From Octopus vulgaris (Eukaryota), in assembly GCA_951406725.2 (NCBI GenBank), contig OX597823.1:24118001-24182000 (forward strand): 64,000 nt of DNA, written 5' to 3'. Numbering within the stretch: the first letter of the stretch is position 1; every line of letters begins with the position of its first letter. Shown here one piece after another: positions 1 to 12,987 of this stretch. Under the pieces are notes generated by a model. It saw only the letters and a program-made list of their open reading frames with translations. It was not told where the DNA came from and made no database searches. The position numbers and the translations under genes are program-made.

Positions 1-317
1 TAGTTTCCATCCACCAGATTTCATTCACAATGCCTGGTTTTTAAGTTGACTTTTAACATGCAACCAGAAGTCCACAACAGTACCACAGCTGTTAAGTGAA
101 CTTAACACATCCACAGCTATACCTCAATTCATCTTGACCATTTTTCTCTTCATTTCTATGTTGACCTTTCTCTTCAATACATTGTGTCATCTTCGAAAAT
201 TGTACAATACAATGCTCTGAGTCCTTCTTTACCAGAATTCAGTAATAATTTGAAGCTGACTTTGATACTTTAGTTATCATCTGGTCCAAAATCTTAAATG
301 ATACAAATAATAATAAA

Positions 318-3300
318 TCTTCGTGGCTGGAGACTTTAATGGGCATGTTGGGCGGGAATCAGGTATCTTCACTGGGGTACATGGTGGCCAAGGTATTGCA
401 CCTGAAATGATGAGGAAACTAGACTACTGGAATTCTGTGATGCATGTAACCTTTTAATCTGCAACACTAACATCAGGAAGCCAGACAGCCACCTTATAAC
501 CTATCAGTCAGGGGACTCTGCTAGCCAGATAGATTTCATCCTCACCAGACAGCGGGATGCAGGGTTGCTCTTAAATACAAAGACCCTCCCGGGTGAAGAA
601 TGAGATCCTCAGCATAGGCTAGTCATTAGTGACTTTAGGCGTGAAGCCAGAAGATACCAAGAAGCAGACCAATCCAGAAAAGAAGGATTTGGAAGCTAAA
701 GAACCCTTCACATGGTCAGAGATTTAGGGACATCTTCATCAAGAAATTTGATGAGAGGGAGGAGGACCTACAGATGTCGGACATAGAAGGTAGCTGGAAA
801 TTCCTACGGGACAGCTTGCTGAGTGCCACAGACCAAGTCTGCGGATGGTGCAAGGTCCCTTCCAGAGCTAGAGTTACGTGGTGGTGGAATAATACAGTAG
901 ACAAAGCCATTAGAGCAAAGAAACAGGCCTGGAAAGCCTGGAGAGATGGAGGTAGCAGGGAACTGTACCAGGTAGCCAAAAGGGAGGCTAGGCAGCAGGT
1001 ATACATAGCCACGAGTGAAGCAGAAAAGAAGTTTGCCAATGTCCAGCAACGTGAGGACCAAAGAACTGAGGTATTTTGGATTGCAAGACAGTGTGTGAGA
1101 GAAAATTGTGATATCACAGGAGAGAAATGCATCCACATGGATGATGGTGCACTTGCTTTCAATGTTTCTGAAAAGAAAGAGGCTTCAAGAAGCAATTATG
1201 AGAGACTGCTGAATGTGGAGAATGAATGGGAGGAGGAGAGCCTTCCAAATGTTGACCCAGTAGCGGGACCAGCTATCCGAATAGACAGCTCCCTAGTAGA
1301 TAAAGAAATTAAGGGTATGAAACCAGGAAAAGCCCCCGGCCCATCAGCAATCCCTGCTGAGATGCTTAAAACATCTGGTGGTGTGGGCTATGGCCTAGTC
1401 ACCCGCATTGTAAACCAGGTAGTTCATAATGGAGTCATACCCAATGACTGGCGTAGCAGCACCATAGTTGACTGCTACAAGAGTAAAGGTAATGCTCTAG
1501 ATAGAAATAACTACAGGGGTATTAAACTGTTATATCAGGTGATGAAGGTCACAGAGAGGGTCATAGCCCATCTCATTAGGGAGAGGGTTTGCTTAGATGA
1601 GATGCAGTTCGGTTTTGTGCCGGGTAGAAGCACCACTGATGCCATATTCCTGGTTCGACAACTGCAGGAGAAATACCTACCTAAAGATAAATCCCTCGAC
1701 ATAGCTTTCGTGGACTTGGAGAAAGCTTTTGACAGGGTCCCCTGATCCCTTATCTGGTGGCCAATGCAGAAACTGGAGATTGACGAATGGTTAATAAAAG
1801 CTGTACAGGCCCTATACAGAGAGGCCATTAGTAAGGTTAGGATTGGCAACGAGTATAGTGAAGAAATCCGAGTAGATGTAGGGGTCCACCAAGGCTCAGC
1901 CCTCAGCCACTTTTTATTCATCATAGTCCTCCAGGCAATAACAGAGGAATTCAAGTCAGGTTGCCCCTGGCAGCTCCTCTATACTGATGACCTTGCCCTA
2001 ATAGCAGAATCACTACCGGAACTAGAAAAGAAATTTTGGGTGTGGAAGCTAGGTTTAGAATCAAAAGGCCTTAGAGTCAATGTAGCAAAGACCAAAGTTC
2101 TAATAAGTAGAAAGGCGAACTCATCACACACCCCTCAGGTAGGTGGCCCTGCTCGATCTGTAGAAAAGTTGTAGGTAGAAACTCCATAAGATGTACCCAG
2201 TGTAAGCTATGGACACATAAGAGGTGCAGCACCATCAAAGGAAAATTAACTGAGAAGATAGCTTTCATGTGTGGCAGATGCACAGTGGCAATAGACACCA
2301 TTGATACTCAGAAAACAGATTCTATTACACTCCTGGGGGAGAAACTAGAAGTAGTTGATAGTTTCCGCTACCTAGGTGACCAAGTTAGTAGTGGGGGTGG
2401 ATGCTCAGAGAGTGTTACCACTAGAATAAGAATAGCCTGGGCAAAGTTCAGAAAGCTCCTACCCCTACTAGTGACAAAGGGCCTCTCACTCAGAGTGAAA
2501 GGTAGATTGTACGACGCATGTGTGCGAACTGCCATGCTTCACAGTAGTGAAACATGGACTGCGACTGCAGAGGACATGCATAGGCTTGAAAGAAATGAAG
2601 CTAGCATGATCTGCTGGATGTGTAATGTCAATGTGCATACATGACAGAGTATAAGTGCCCTGAGAGAAATGCTGGACATAAAAAGCATTGGATGTAGCAT
2701 GCAAGAGAGACGTCTGTGCTGGTATGGTCATATACTATGGATGGATGAGGAGAGATGTGTGAAGAAGTGCCACTCCCAAACAGTTGAAGGAATCTGGGGT
2801 AGAGGTATACCCAGGAAGACATGGGATGAGGTGGTCAAGCATGATCTTAGAATGTTGGGTCTCATAAAAGCAATGACGAAAGACCGAGACCTCTGGAGAT
2901 ATGCAGTGACTGCGAAGACCCATCAAATAATGTGATTTCATGGCTGTTTCCTGCACCAGCTTCACATAGAAGCCCCAGCTCTTCCAAAGTACCTTGGATC
3001 ACAGAACGGCCTGCTGTACTTACCTTGGATCGTAGGGCAACCTGCTGTGCTTGAGGAGACCTATTGAGTCAAGTACATCACCATCAACATCAAAAATCAA
3101 ATGGAAATTTTATGCACCATCCATACGTGGTCGATGCCAGTGCTGCCTTGACTGGCTTCTGTGCCAGTGGCACATAAAAAGCACCAACCAATTGTGGCTG
3201 TTGCCTGGCACAAAAAAAGCACCATTCATACGTGGCCGATACCAGCGTCGCCTTGACTGGCTTCCGTGCTGGTGGCACGTAAAAAGCACTAACTGATCAT

Positions 3301-3640
3301 GGCTGTTGCCAGCCTACCCTGGCACCTGTGCTGGTGGCACCTAAAAAGCACCATCTGTACGTGGCTGATGCCAGCGCCATCTTGACTAGCTTTCATGCCA
3401 GTGGCACATAAAAAGCACCAACCGATTGTGGCCGTTGTCATCCCCCCCCCCCCCCCGGTGGCACGTAAAAAGCACCTACTACACTCACGGAGTGGTTGGT
3501 GTTAGGAAGGGCATCCAGCTGTAGAAACACTGCCAGATCAGACTGGAGCCTGGTGCAGCCTCCTGGCTTCCCAGACCCTGGTCGAACCATCCAACCCATG
3601 CTAGCATGGAAAAAGACGTTAAACGATGATGATGATGATG
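318..3640 (+). mobile_element. 5'-truncated, inactivated RTE-clade LINE (APE remnant, RT, 3'UTR, (GAT)n tail)
   Basis: VAGDFNGHVG endonuclease motif near 325. RT motifs QFGFVPGRSTTDAIF, FVDLEKAFDRVP, GVHQGSALS, LLYTDDL, FRYLG are split over ORFs 774-1745, 1764-2174, 2267-2644 and 2669-2935 by stops and frameshifts. The 3'UTR has ~60-bp repeats and ends in (GAT)n at 3640. Confidence 0.9.
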
Positions 3641-5582
3641 TTACTCATTTACCTACAAACCAGCATTTTAAAAATAGGATGGGTTTAGTCAATATCATCG
3701 ACTCTAGTACTTGAGTGGTGTTACATGTTATTGATTCCAACAAGAAAGAAAATCAAAGTTGACATTGGATTTGAACAAAAAGCATGATGAATCTGAATAC
3801 ATGCCATAAAGCATTTCTTCAAATTTTATAATTTGTATACATTTATATATTTAAAATAAAGACGAGGATGAAGATAGAATCCTTTTGAATGCAGAAGTAC
3901 CTCTAACTGGAGCCAACTGAGAAGCTCCACCATCAAAGATCTCAAACTGCAAGGGAAAGTGTCTTCTCTGGTTATTTGTCTGTGACCTACAGGTTTATGG
4001 ACTTTGGGCCTCATCTACTCCTACCATTTTAACCACTTTTACTATGCTTTCTATAGTTTCCTTTGAGGACAGCATTTTTCTCTCCATCATCACCTTCTTT
4101 ACAGGTGAAACTTTAAAAATTCAGATGTGTGATTGACCAAAGAAGAAAGTTCCTATCATCAAACCTCACAGCCTCATCCACCAGACAACCTCTTTTGTCA
4201 TAGCTACCAGACAGAGGCAAACTTCCTTCTCTGCTTGGTTAAGGATGCAAGGCTATAATCACTATGGACTTGACTAACACCCTGACCTTACCCATGCAAA
4301 ATGACTGCTGTTTGACATAAATCTACCTGTCATTAATACCTAGACACTGAATGAGGCCTTGTAAAATAAATCTATTGCACTGTGCACATCTCAGTCTGCA
4401 CTGACTGGTGGCACTCCCTAGTATTTCCTGACAACAAGGTTTTTGAAACAAACTTACCACTTCATTCTCATTGATGCCCAGCGTGTTCTTAAGAATGTTG
4501 GTGCTCTTTAATTCACTAATCCTATATAGATTACTCCAGTGGAACACTTAGTAATTTGATTGACCATGTCAGGGTTAATACAGTAAACTTTATCATATGC
4601 AATCCTTAGGGTTACTTGAGATAACATAGCCATCCTTTTTTACGATATTAGGTTGTGATTGGAGGAGATTTTGTTAATATTTCGGGCATGTCAGATATTG
4701 ATATCAGGCCTTCCATAAGGGCTGGTTCACAATAAATGTTGAAATTAATATTGCAAGCTAACAGATCTGACACAGCTTATTGTCTGGTATAATCTGTTGT
4801 CTGATACAGCACCACCACCTGGCCCTTCAGATATCCATGTTGAATATAGTAGACAATACTTGGTTAATGTTTATATATCTATTCCAGTAATAAATTTATG
4901 CATTAACCCACAGATGCTCAAACTGGGCATAGATGTTATGAATCTCACATGTATAGGAGGGAGGATGGCATGGAAATTTCTTGACATTGCTGTTTCCATC
5001 ATGACTAACTGAAGAAATAAATATACCACTTCATTGTCATCGATTTTGTATTCATTATTTAGGTACATAGCCAAACATAATAAAAGAAAGCAATGAAATT
5101 ATGTGGTATTCATGTCTTTCTCAAAGGCTCTAATTGTCTGTAAAATGAACTGATTTAGACTGAGAATCAAACTCTGATCATTGATTCACACTACTTAGTC
5201 CACATTTATACTAAAAGAATAACTATGGGAAAATACTGAAGATCATTTCCTGCTAGGAAAACAAATAGTAATGTGGCTACATATTGAAGGAAGATATTAT
5301 GATTAATTAAAATTTCTCTGCCAATGGGTGGTAAAATCATTATGCTAATGACTTATTCTCATCATGAAATTCAGAAGAGACATCCTCATAAAGATAATCA
5401 TATTTTTATTTCATTTTAATGAATTATAATTCCTTAGATTGCTACATTAAACTGTTAGTGTCCACTTTTACTACATACATATATTAATCCACTAGATGAT
5501 GATGATGATGATAGTACTGCTGTTTTAGTTCCCAAGGACAAATCATTGCAAAATCAGTAACTAACAATACATCCTTCTGAAT

Positions 5583-8500
5583 TGTAGTATTGCACAGGCG
5601 TGCCATATTGAGATCTTGCTGGCAGCCATTAGCTGCTTGAGACTAGAGTGAGATCTCACAAACTTCCAGTGGGTATGCATAACGAGACAGTAAGCCTTTC
5701 CGGAAGGAAAGCTATATAAAGCAGGTCTTGAGCTTGTTCACTCTCTTTTCCCACGTGCCTCTCATGCTAGAAGCAGCTCATCTCACTAGCAGCAATTCAC
5801 TGCCTTACACATACAACATGGCTGACGATACACTATGCTAGAGATGGTTTACAAGAGCCAAACTTTGAGCCTGTAAATAAATGTTATTCGGATTTGTTAT
5901 CTCACTTTGTCTTTGACTTGATACTTCGTTTCACTGGATCTAAATTTTATGATGGGAGACACAAGGTACCCTACCAGTATCTTGGCCAACAATGGCCTCC
6001 CATTATAAAAATGGTGACCCCTGAATGTGAAACAAACATGCAAGCCAGTAGACGTACACAGCAACTCGCCCAAATTTTTATACAGCACTGTTTGTGAATC
6101 ATTTCACCGTCATTTTCACAGCTAAAATACAACCTGCAGGCCAGACTGTCTCTCACCACCAACGCCACCACTATACTGATGTCTCTCCACTGTCACCGTC
6201 ACTATTTTCATAACGTCAACACACAGCTCTGTTTTTTTTTCTACCACACTATTTGTGAACTTACTTCACCAAGGGGCTAACAGTGACAACTACATACAGC
6301 TAGACACCTGTTGATACAAGACAATTCATATCAGTTGAAGGCGCATGGCTCAGTGGTTAGAGCGTCGAGCTTACAATCATGAGGTTGTGAGCTCGAATCC
6401 CGGACCAGGCTGCATGTTGTGTTCTTGAGCAAGACACTTTATTTCCTGTTGCTCCAGTTCACTCAGCTGTAGAAATGAGTTGCGACGTCACTGGTGCCAA
6501 GCTGTATCGACCTTTGTCTTTCCCTTGGATAACACTGGTGGCGTGGAGAGGAGAGGCTGGTATGCATGGGCAACTGCTGGTCTTCCATAAACAACCTCGC
6601 CCGGACTTGTCTCTAGGAGGGTAACTTTCTAGGTGCAATCCCATGGTCTGTGTTGTGACCGAAGGGGGTCTCCGAATTCTTTCCAACGTGTACAACTGTC
6701 TCTGTGACCACATATAAAGACAAGTCTAAATTACCATTATAAATGGTGAACAGCTACGGAAGAATTTTTTTTTTACAGCAGTCAATCCTGAGGACATTCC
6801 AAAAACTGCCATCACTACTCCCTTTGGCAGCTTCGAGTTCCTTTTTCTGAGCTTCGGTTTTGCAGAATACCACAAGCACGTTCCAGAGATTTATCAATGA
6901 AGTTGTTCACAGACTTGATTTTGTGTTCACTTACATTGATGACATACTCATTGCAAGCAACACACGTGAGAATCATCTCTAACACTTTACTCTTTCAGTG
7001 TCTTCGCGCCTACAATGTGCGAATCAACCCCAATAAGTGTGTTTGCGGGCAGTCCTCTGTGGAATTTCTGGAGCATTATATCGACTCAAATGGTATCAGA
7101 CCTCTTTCTTCCTAAGTCAATCCAATTCAACGCATCACACCTCCTTCTTCGCTATGCCAATTGCGCCATTTTGGGGAATAGTTAACTTCTATAGATGCTT
7201 CATACACAGATATGCAAACAAGCTATTTCCCTTGACTCAGCTACTGAAAAACAACACTAAAAAAGATGCTCATCTCACTCTCTCAGCTGAGGCATTATCT
7301 GCCTTTGAATCAATCAAAAAGGAAATAGCTTCTGTTCCTTTGCTTGCACATCCGGTTCCTGATCTTCCTCTCTCTTTAACCATTGATGCATCGGATTCTG
7401 CAATTGGTGCTATTTTGCAGCACATTGTAGACAATCAGACTAAACTTTTGGCATTCTTTTCTTGTCGATTTCAACCTGGTAAACGTCGCTACAGTACGTT
7501 TGATCGTGAACTCTTGGCAATCTATCTGTCAGTTCGTCATTTTCAGCATCAGCTCAAAGGTCGTGACTTTGTGATTTACACTGATCACAAGCCTCTTATG
7601 TTTGCCCTGTCATCTCTATTGGACAAATTCTCACCTCGTGCTTTCCGTCACCTGGATTACATGTCCCAGTTCACGAGTGACATTCGCCATATACCTGGGA
7701 CAGAAAATGTGCCTGCTGATACACTCTATCATCTCCCTGTCTGTTCAAATTTATCTCCTGCTGCAATCGACATGACTACTATTGTGCAGGATCAGCCAGC
7801 CCTGGACACTTTGGCTCTAACTTCTTCCAAGCTGTCTTGCTGCAGGTTTGCCTATCTTCCACTCCTTTTGGCTGAAGGCACAATCCTTCGTGACACATCT
7901 ACTGGTTCTCACAGGCCACTTGTGCCAGAGAACCACCAACGTCCTGTATTTGATACCCTGCATTCATTGTCACATCCAGCATCACTGCATCGGTGAAGCT
8001 TATCACTGCTCAGTTTTTCTAGCCTAATATGCACTGCATAATCACCACTTGGGCACGCTCTTGTACAAAGTGCCAGTGTTCCAAAGTCCACAGGCACCTT
8101 CGCACTCCACTTGGACAGTTTTCTTCTCCGGAGACCCATTTTCGCCATGTTTACATTGATCTGGTTGGACAATAGCATGAGTTGAGGGTTCTCTTACATA
8201 TTAACATGTGTCGATTGCTTCTCCCATTGGCCAGAAGCCATTCCAATAGTGGACATTTCTACTGAATCAGTTGCTCGAGCTTTTGTCTCTCACTGGATTG
8301 CTCACTTTGGTGTTCCAACCAAAATAACTACTGCTCGTGGACGCCAGTTTGAAGCTTCCTTATTTCATGAGCTGTCACGAATCCTGGGTGTTCATCACAT
8401 TTGTACAACCAGTTACCATCCAGTCTCCAACGAGATGGTCAAATGCTTTCACAGCCAGCTTAAGGCCACTCTACGTGCCTCTCCAGATACACAGTCTTGG

Positions 8501-9455
8501 ACTGAGTTTCTGCCTATCGTTCTTCTTGGTTGTTGCACTGCTGTTAAGGCAGACTTGGGTTTCTCTTCTGCCAAACTTCTTTATGGTACCACTCTGGCAT
8601 TACCTGGTACGAAGTTGGCACATGTTTCACTGCTTTCTGATCCAATGTCGTACGTCACCAGACTTCATTCCTCTTTCTCCAGTCTTCGACCCATGCATCC
8701 TCATGACCAGTCACCAGCATCTCACATCCCACTGGACATTGACAAGTGGACTCATGTTTTTGTTTGAGATGATTCTGTCAGGGGACCTCTTCTTTCTCTC
8801 TATAAGGGACCATTTCGTGTGCTATTGCACACAAACAAAACTTTTACTATCAACATGAATGGTTGAACAGAAACCGTCTCTGTAGATAGACTTAAAAGAG
8901 CTTAATAACACCCCAGCTATGCCCACCTTTGATCCACTGTGATCACCCACACATGCACCTTTGCTCACATTTACACCTTCAACTTCATCGTTACAATCTA
9001 CCTCACAACCACAACCAAACAAACTTTATGTCACTAGGACAGGCTGCACAGTTCATTGGTCTAAGAAACTTAGTAAGACTATTTATATATGACATTTTTT
9101 TTCTTTTTCTTTCCTGTGATTTTCTTGTGTGCTGAACATTTCAATGCCTTGAACTTTGCAAAGATCACTTTGTGCATGTCTCTTGTATTTTGATTGTATT
9201 CAATTTTCTTTTTTCACATATTTCATTGTGCAACACTTATTGTTATTTGCTCTCACTGCCATTCTCTGCCTTCTTGTGCTCTCCTACAACTTTTTAATTT
9301 CGAACCTGAGTTCTCAGGGAGGAGTCCTTTGTAGTGTCGCATTTGTTATCTCACTTTGTCTTCGACTTGATACTTCGTTTGACTGAATTTAGATTTATAA
9401 TGGGAGACACAAGATACCCTACCAGTATCTTGGACAACAATGGCCTCCCATTATA
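5583..9455 (+). mobile_element. Decayed Gypsy/Ty3 LTR retrotransposon (gag largely deleted)
   Basis: 5'LTR 5583-6007 (TGTAGT...CCCATTATA); PBS TGGTGACCCC 6012-6021; RT PEDIPKTAITTPFG (~6787) and YIDD (~6931); RNase H TIDASD/YSTFDRELLAIY/YTDHKPL; integrase remnants (SHP, IDLVG, TSYHP); PPT AGGGAGGAG 9316-9324; internally deleted 3'LTR 9330-9455; probable 4-bp TSD GAAT/GACT. Confidence 0.88.
6337..6671 (+). mobile_element. tRNA-derived SINE nested in the Gypsy element
   Basis: Pol III A box TGGCTCAGTGG (6346), B-box-like GAGCTCGAATCCC (~6388), then TGTGTTCTTGAGCAAGACACTTT core-like motif and a non-tRNA body. Confidence 0.75.
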
Positions 9456-9863
9456 GACTTTTGGGTTCAAATCTCATCTGAATGCACTTCACTTTTCATA
9501 CTTCTGACGTTGGTAATGCAAGCATTAATCAGGTCTGAGATTAATTTATTCATATGCATTCTCACTGCAAAATGTGTAGCCTTGTGTTTAATTTAGAAAC
9601 GATTATCTTTAATATTGATAATTTCAGCAATAAATATAATTATTCTTGTTGCCACAGGTGAAGGATTGACAGAATTATTTAAGCCTCAGATAAAATGTAT
9701 TGTGGAAATTTTTCTGGTTCTAGAATTAAATGCCAATCAACTGTAGAGGCCAATTTAATTGCCCAACTCCAGCCTCAAAATTTTGGCCTTTTTTCTTTTA
9801 TGTTAGAAATTATGTTTATTGTTGTTGTTCTTTTCATTCATCTAAATTTTACTTTAATTCTAG

Positions 9864-10100
9864 GTAATCTGATCCAGTTTGTGAAAATAAAAGATGCATT
9901 TCTGGATACATTTGGAAAATCACCATTCAACAAGGAAAATGCAACAGAAGAGTGTGCAGCGAAATGTTTGTCTTACTCAAATTGTTTAGCAATTGAAGTA
10001 GATAATAAAAATGGGAAATGTTTCTTATCAACAAAATCTGCAGCTTCTTCCAAGACATTAAAGGCAGCGAAAAAGAAAGATTACTACCAACGTACAAAAC
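9864..10100 (+). CDS. Exon A1, PAN/apple-like domain type A
   Basis: ttctag|GT...AAAC|gtaatt; 237 nt; NLIQFVKIKDAFLDTFGKSPFNKENATEECAAKCLSYSNCLAIEVDNKNGKCFLSTKSAASSKTLKAAKKKDYYQRTK; C-x3-C-x5-C-x11-C-x-L with terminal YY as in the PAN core. Confidence 0.87.
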
Positions 10101-11004
10101 GTAATTATTCTTTGTATTTTAATATTATGATTCTCTTTCCCTCTTTTTCTAAAATTTGTGATTTCACTTGTAATATATAGTATATAGACAACTATTTCTG
10201 TAAAGGCATTGACAGGTTTAACTATAAGAACAGACATGATCCTGAAGAAAAAGCAATATTTGGAAGTGTGAATACTGTTAGGACATTCTCATACAGCATT
10301 TGTTCACCTCAAACATTTGATGTTTTCAATCATTGCTTTAAATAAGAAAGGAAACTCTTGTTGTATTTCTTAAATCAAGGTGGTGGTTGTCGTCGTCTTC
10401 ATGGCAGCACCAGTGGCATGTGTGTGTGGGGGTAACATTTTCAAATTTTGGCTGAGTGACAGTGTCTTTGAAGAGACGGTGTTAGTCAAGGCCATCACTC
10501 CCAGTTCTTGTCTGGTATAATATTGTGTCAACCCCAAAAGGCAAAGTTGACCTCCATAGAGTGTGAAATTGGAATTTAATGAATCAGAAGAAATACCACG
10601 CAGTGGCATAGCTTAAGTACAGTATCTCACTACTAGTTGCAGTCCTTCATAATCTGGTATGAAAAATAACTGGAAAAGTAATGCCAGTCTACATAGTTAT
10701 GTATCTCCTATATTTTGGCATGTTTACTTGGGATGGACACCCTTCCTATCACCAACCATTATACAACATACAGAGATTATATATTCCCATACAACTGGAG
10801 TTTGAAAAGTTGTCTGCTGGGATAAAAGGATCCTCTCAACATGAAATAAATTCCTATTCAGAATAGTTCCAAAACAAATTTACCTGTAATTTCTTGCACA
10901 CTTTGATCTCAAAGATTTTGTCCTTTCCTATCAAAATCATTAATTCTCGAATCACTGGATATCAAAGGAAATTCACTAGGCTTAGTGATCTCAATATTAG
11001 AATA

Positions 11005-11871
11005 CTCAAGAAAAGCCCTTTCATCACAAATACTGGGTTAAACTAAACAGAAAAGAAATGGACAGGGAAAAATCCCAACAATGGCTGAGAAGCTCAGAAC
11101 TCAAAGCAGAGACTGAAGGATTTTTAATTGCAGCACACAGCACAAGACCAAATCCTTCCCTCCAGAAATTACCAAAAACATGTAATGAAAAGAAATACAT
11201 GTAACTTCAGAATATGTGAAGATGGACAAGAAACAATAAATCATATTGTCTCTGGCTGCTCAGTCCTGTGTGCTAAGGAATATATTCACAGACACGACAG
11301 TTGGAACCTATGTACACTGGAATCTATGCCAACACTATGAAACAACAGAAAAATGATGGTATAGGCACATGCCAGAAAAGGTCACTGAAAATGAGAACAC
11401 AACCATACTCTGGGATATACCAATACATACAGACAGAGAAATTAAGATCAATAGGCTGGATATAGTTGTCAGAGATCACCATGAAAAAAAAAATACTTTC
11501 TAATTGATGTCAATACCAACTGGTGACAATGTCTCTCTAAAAGAAATGGAGAAACTTTCAAAATACAAAGACCTGGAAATAGAGGTAACTTGAATGTAGA
11601 GTCTAAAAACAGAAACAATTCCTATCACAGTAGGTACATTAGGTATAGTAAAAAAATATTCAGACAAATACAAAGCAAAAACACTAGGACTAATAAGTAT
11701 GTATAACATACATGAAATAGCATTACTAGGCACCACACACACAACCTACCTAAAACATTTTCAATACAGTAAAAATAAGAGCACCACAACAAACCACAGC
11801 ACATACCCAAGACACAGACCTGCACTCAGTAGTGCAGTGAAAGCACGTGATAAAAATAAGACTACTGAATT

Positions 11872-11899
<28 letters not shown>
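11005..11899 (+). mobile_element. 3' fragment of R4/Dong-like (REL endonuclease) non-LTR retrotransposon ending in (TAA)n
   Basis: LKAETEGFLIAA; zinc knuckle RICEDGQETINHIVSGC; YIHRHD; ILWDIPIHTDREIK; KEMEKLSKYKDL; (TAA)n at 11871-11899. Confidence 0.8.
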
Positions 11900-11902
<3 letters not shown>

Positions 11903-12266
11903 GAGCACTCAGAGTGCAAACCTCCACCAAGGCAATACCAACATCCTCTCAATGATTAGCCAGAGCTGATTTTTTAAATGAGAATATCTGAAATAAACTC
12001 GACTGCTCTCACAAACGAGAATACTAAAAATGAACTCGAACTCTCTCAAAAATTAAGTAAAAAATCAAGAAAAATAATCCAGACACCTTGTGCAGTGCCA
12101 GATCATCTCCAAAATCTAATTAGTTTGTACCAGTCACGTGGCCAAAGATCCCTGAAAGTTTCATCTGAATCCACCCAATGGTTCTTGAGATATCTTGTCC
12201 ACGGACAAACAAACAAACACGACTGAAAACAATAACTCTGCCTTCACTAAGGAGAAGGTAATAATG

Positions 12267-12298
<32 letters not shown>

Positions 12299-12711
12299 TT
12301 TGTCAGATGGTGAGAGGGAAGAACCATTAACACACTGGACAGAATGTTTACAGGCATTTCATCCATATTTATGTTCTGAGTTCAAACTCTGTCAATGTTG
12401 CCTTTGGCTCTCATCCTTGTAGAGTTGATGAATTAAGTAACGATCAAGTACTCAGGCCAATGTAATCTGTTAGTCCCTTCCACAAAATTTCAGGCCTCAA
12501 AACATTAGATAATTATGTAGAAGTAGCATATAAGGAAATTATAAATAAAATATTAGAAAGCCTTCTGGTTCAGTACTTTTTATATGAACAATTTATTGTG
12601 GAAACACAATCCATCCACAACAATAATTTTCAGAGCATGAAATCCATCTCAAAATTCATTTGAATTAAACAGTAGCTGCACAACATCGTGAAATATATTT
12701 GCCACTTAAAC

Positions 12712-12987
12712 GTGGCTAACCCTTGAGGGTGGATGCTACTGTGGTTAACCTTTGAGGGTGGATGCTACTGTGGCTAACCCTTGAGGGGGGATACTACTGT
12801 GGCTAACTCTTGAGGGTGGATGCTACTGTGGCTAACCCTCGAGGGTGGATGCTACTGTGGCTAACCCTTGAGGGTGGATGCTACTGTGGCTAACTCTTGA
12901 GGGTGGATGCTACTGTGGCTAACCCTTGAGGGTGGATGCTACTGTGGCTAACCCTTGAGGGTGGATGCTGCTGTGGCTAACCCTTGA
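12712..12987. repeat. Minisatellite, 9.5 x 29 bp (GTGGCTAACCCTTGAGGGTGGATGCTACT)
   Basis: Units start at 12712, 12741, 12770, 12799, 12828, 12857, 12886, 12915, 12944 and 12973 (partial); 0-2 substitutions each; no spacers. Confidence 0.95.

Noticed and set aside
774-2935. Active reverse transcriptase gene
   Set aside because: 5'-truncated, several stops and frameshifts, and YADD is altered to YTDD.
6337-6412. Possible tRNA gene
   Set aside because: A and B boxes are present but there is no convincing acceptor stem or T-run terminator, and it continues into a SINE body.
9695-10180. ORF-track PAN ORFs (also 22025, 34667, 50103, 62685, 41082, 58670, 19045) as separate single-exon genes
   Set aside because: Cys patterns and reading-frame conservation are confined to the AG/GT-bounded cores; starts and stops are not conserved; all cores join in one frame.
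12712-12987. 29-bp palindromic direct repeats resembling a CRISPR array
   Set aside because: Units are contiguous with no unique spacers, there are no cas genes, and the context is a eukaryotic intron.
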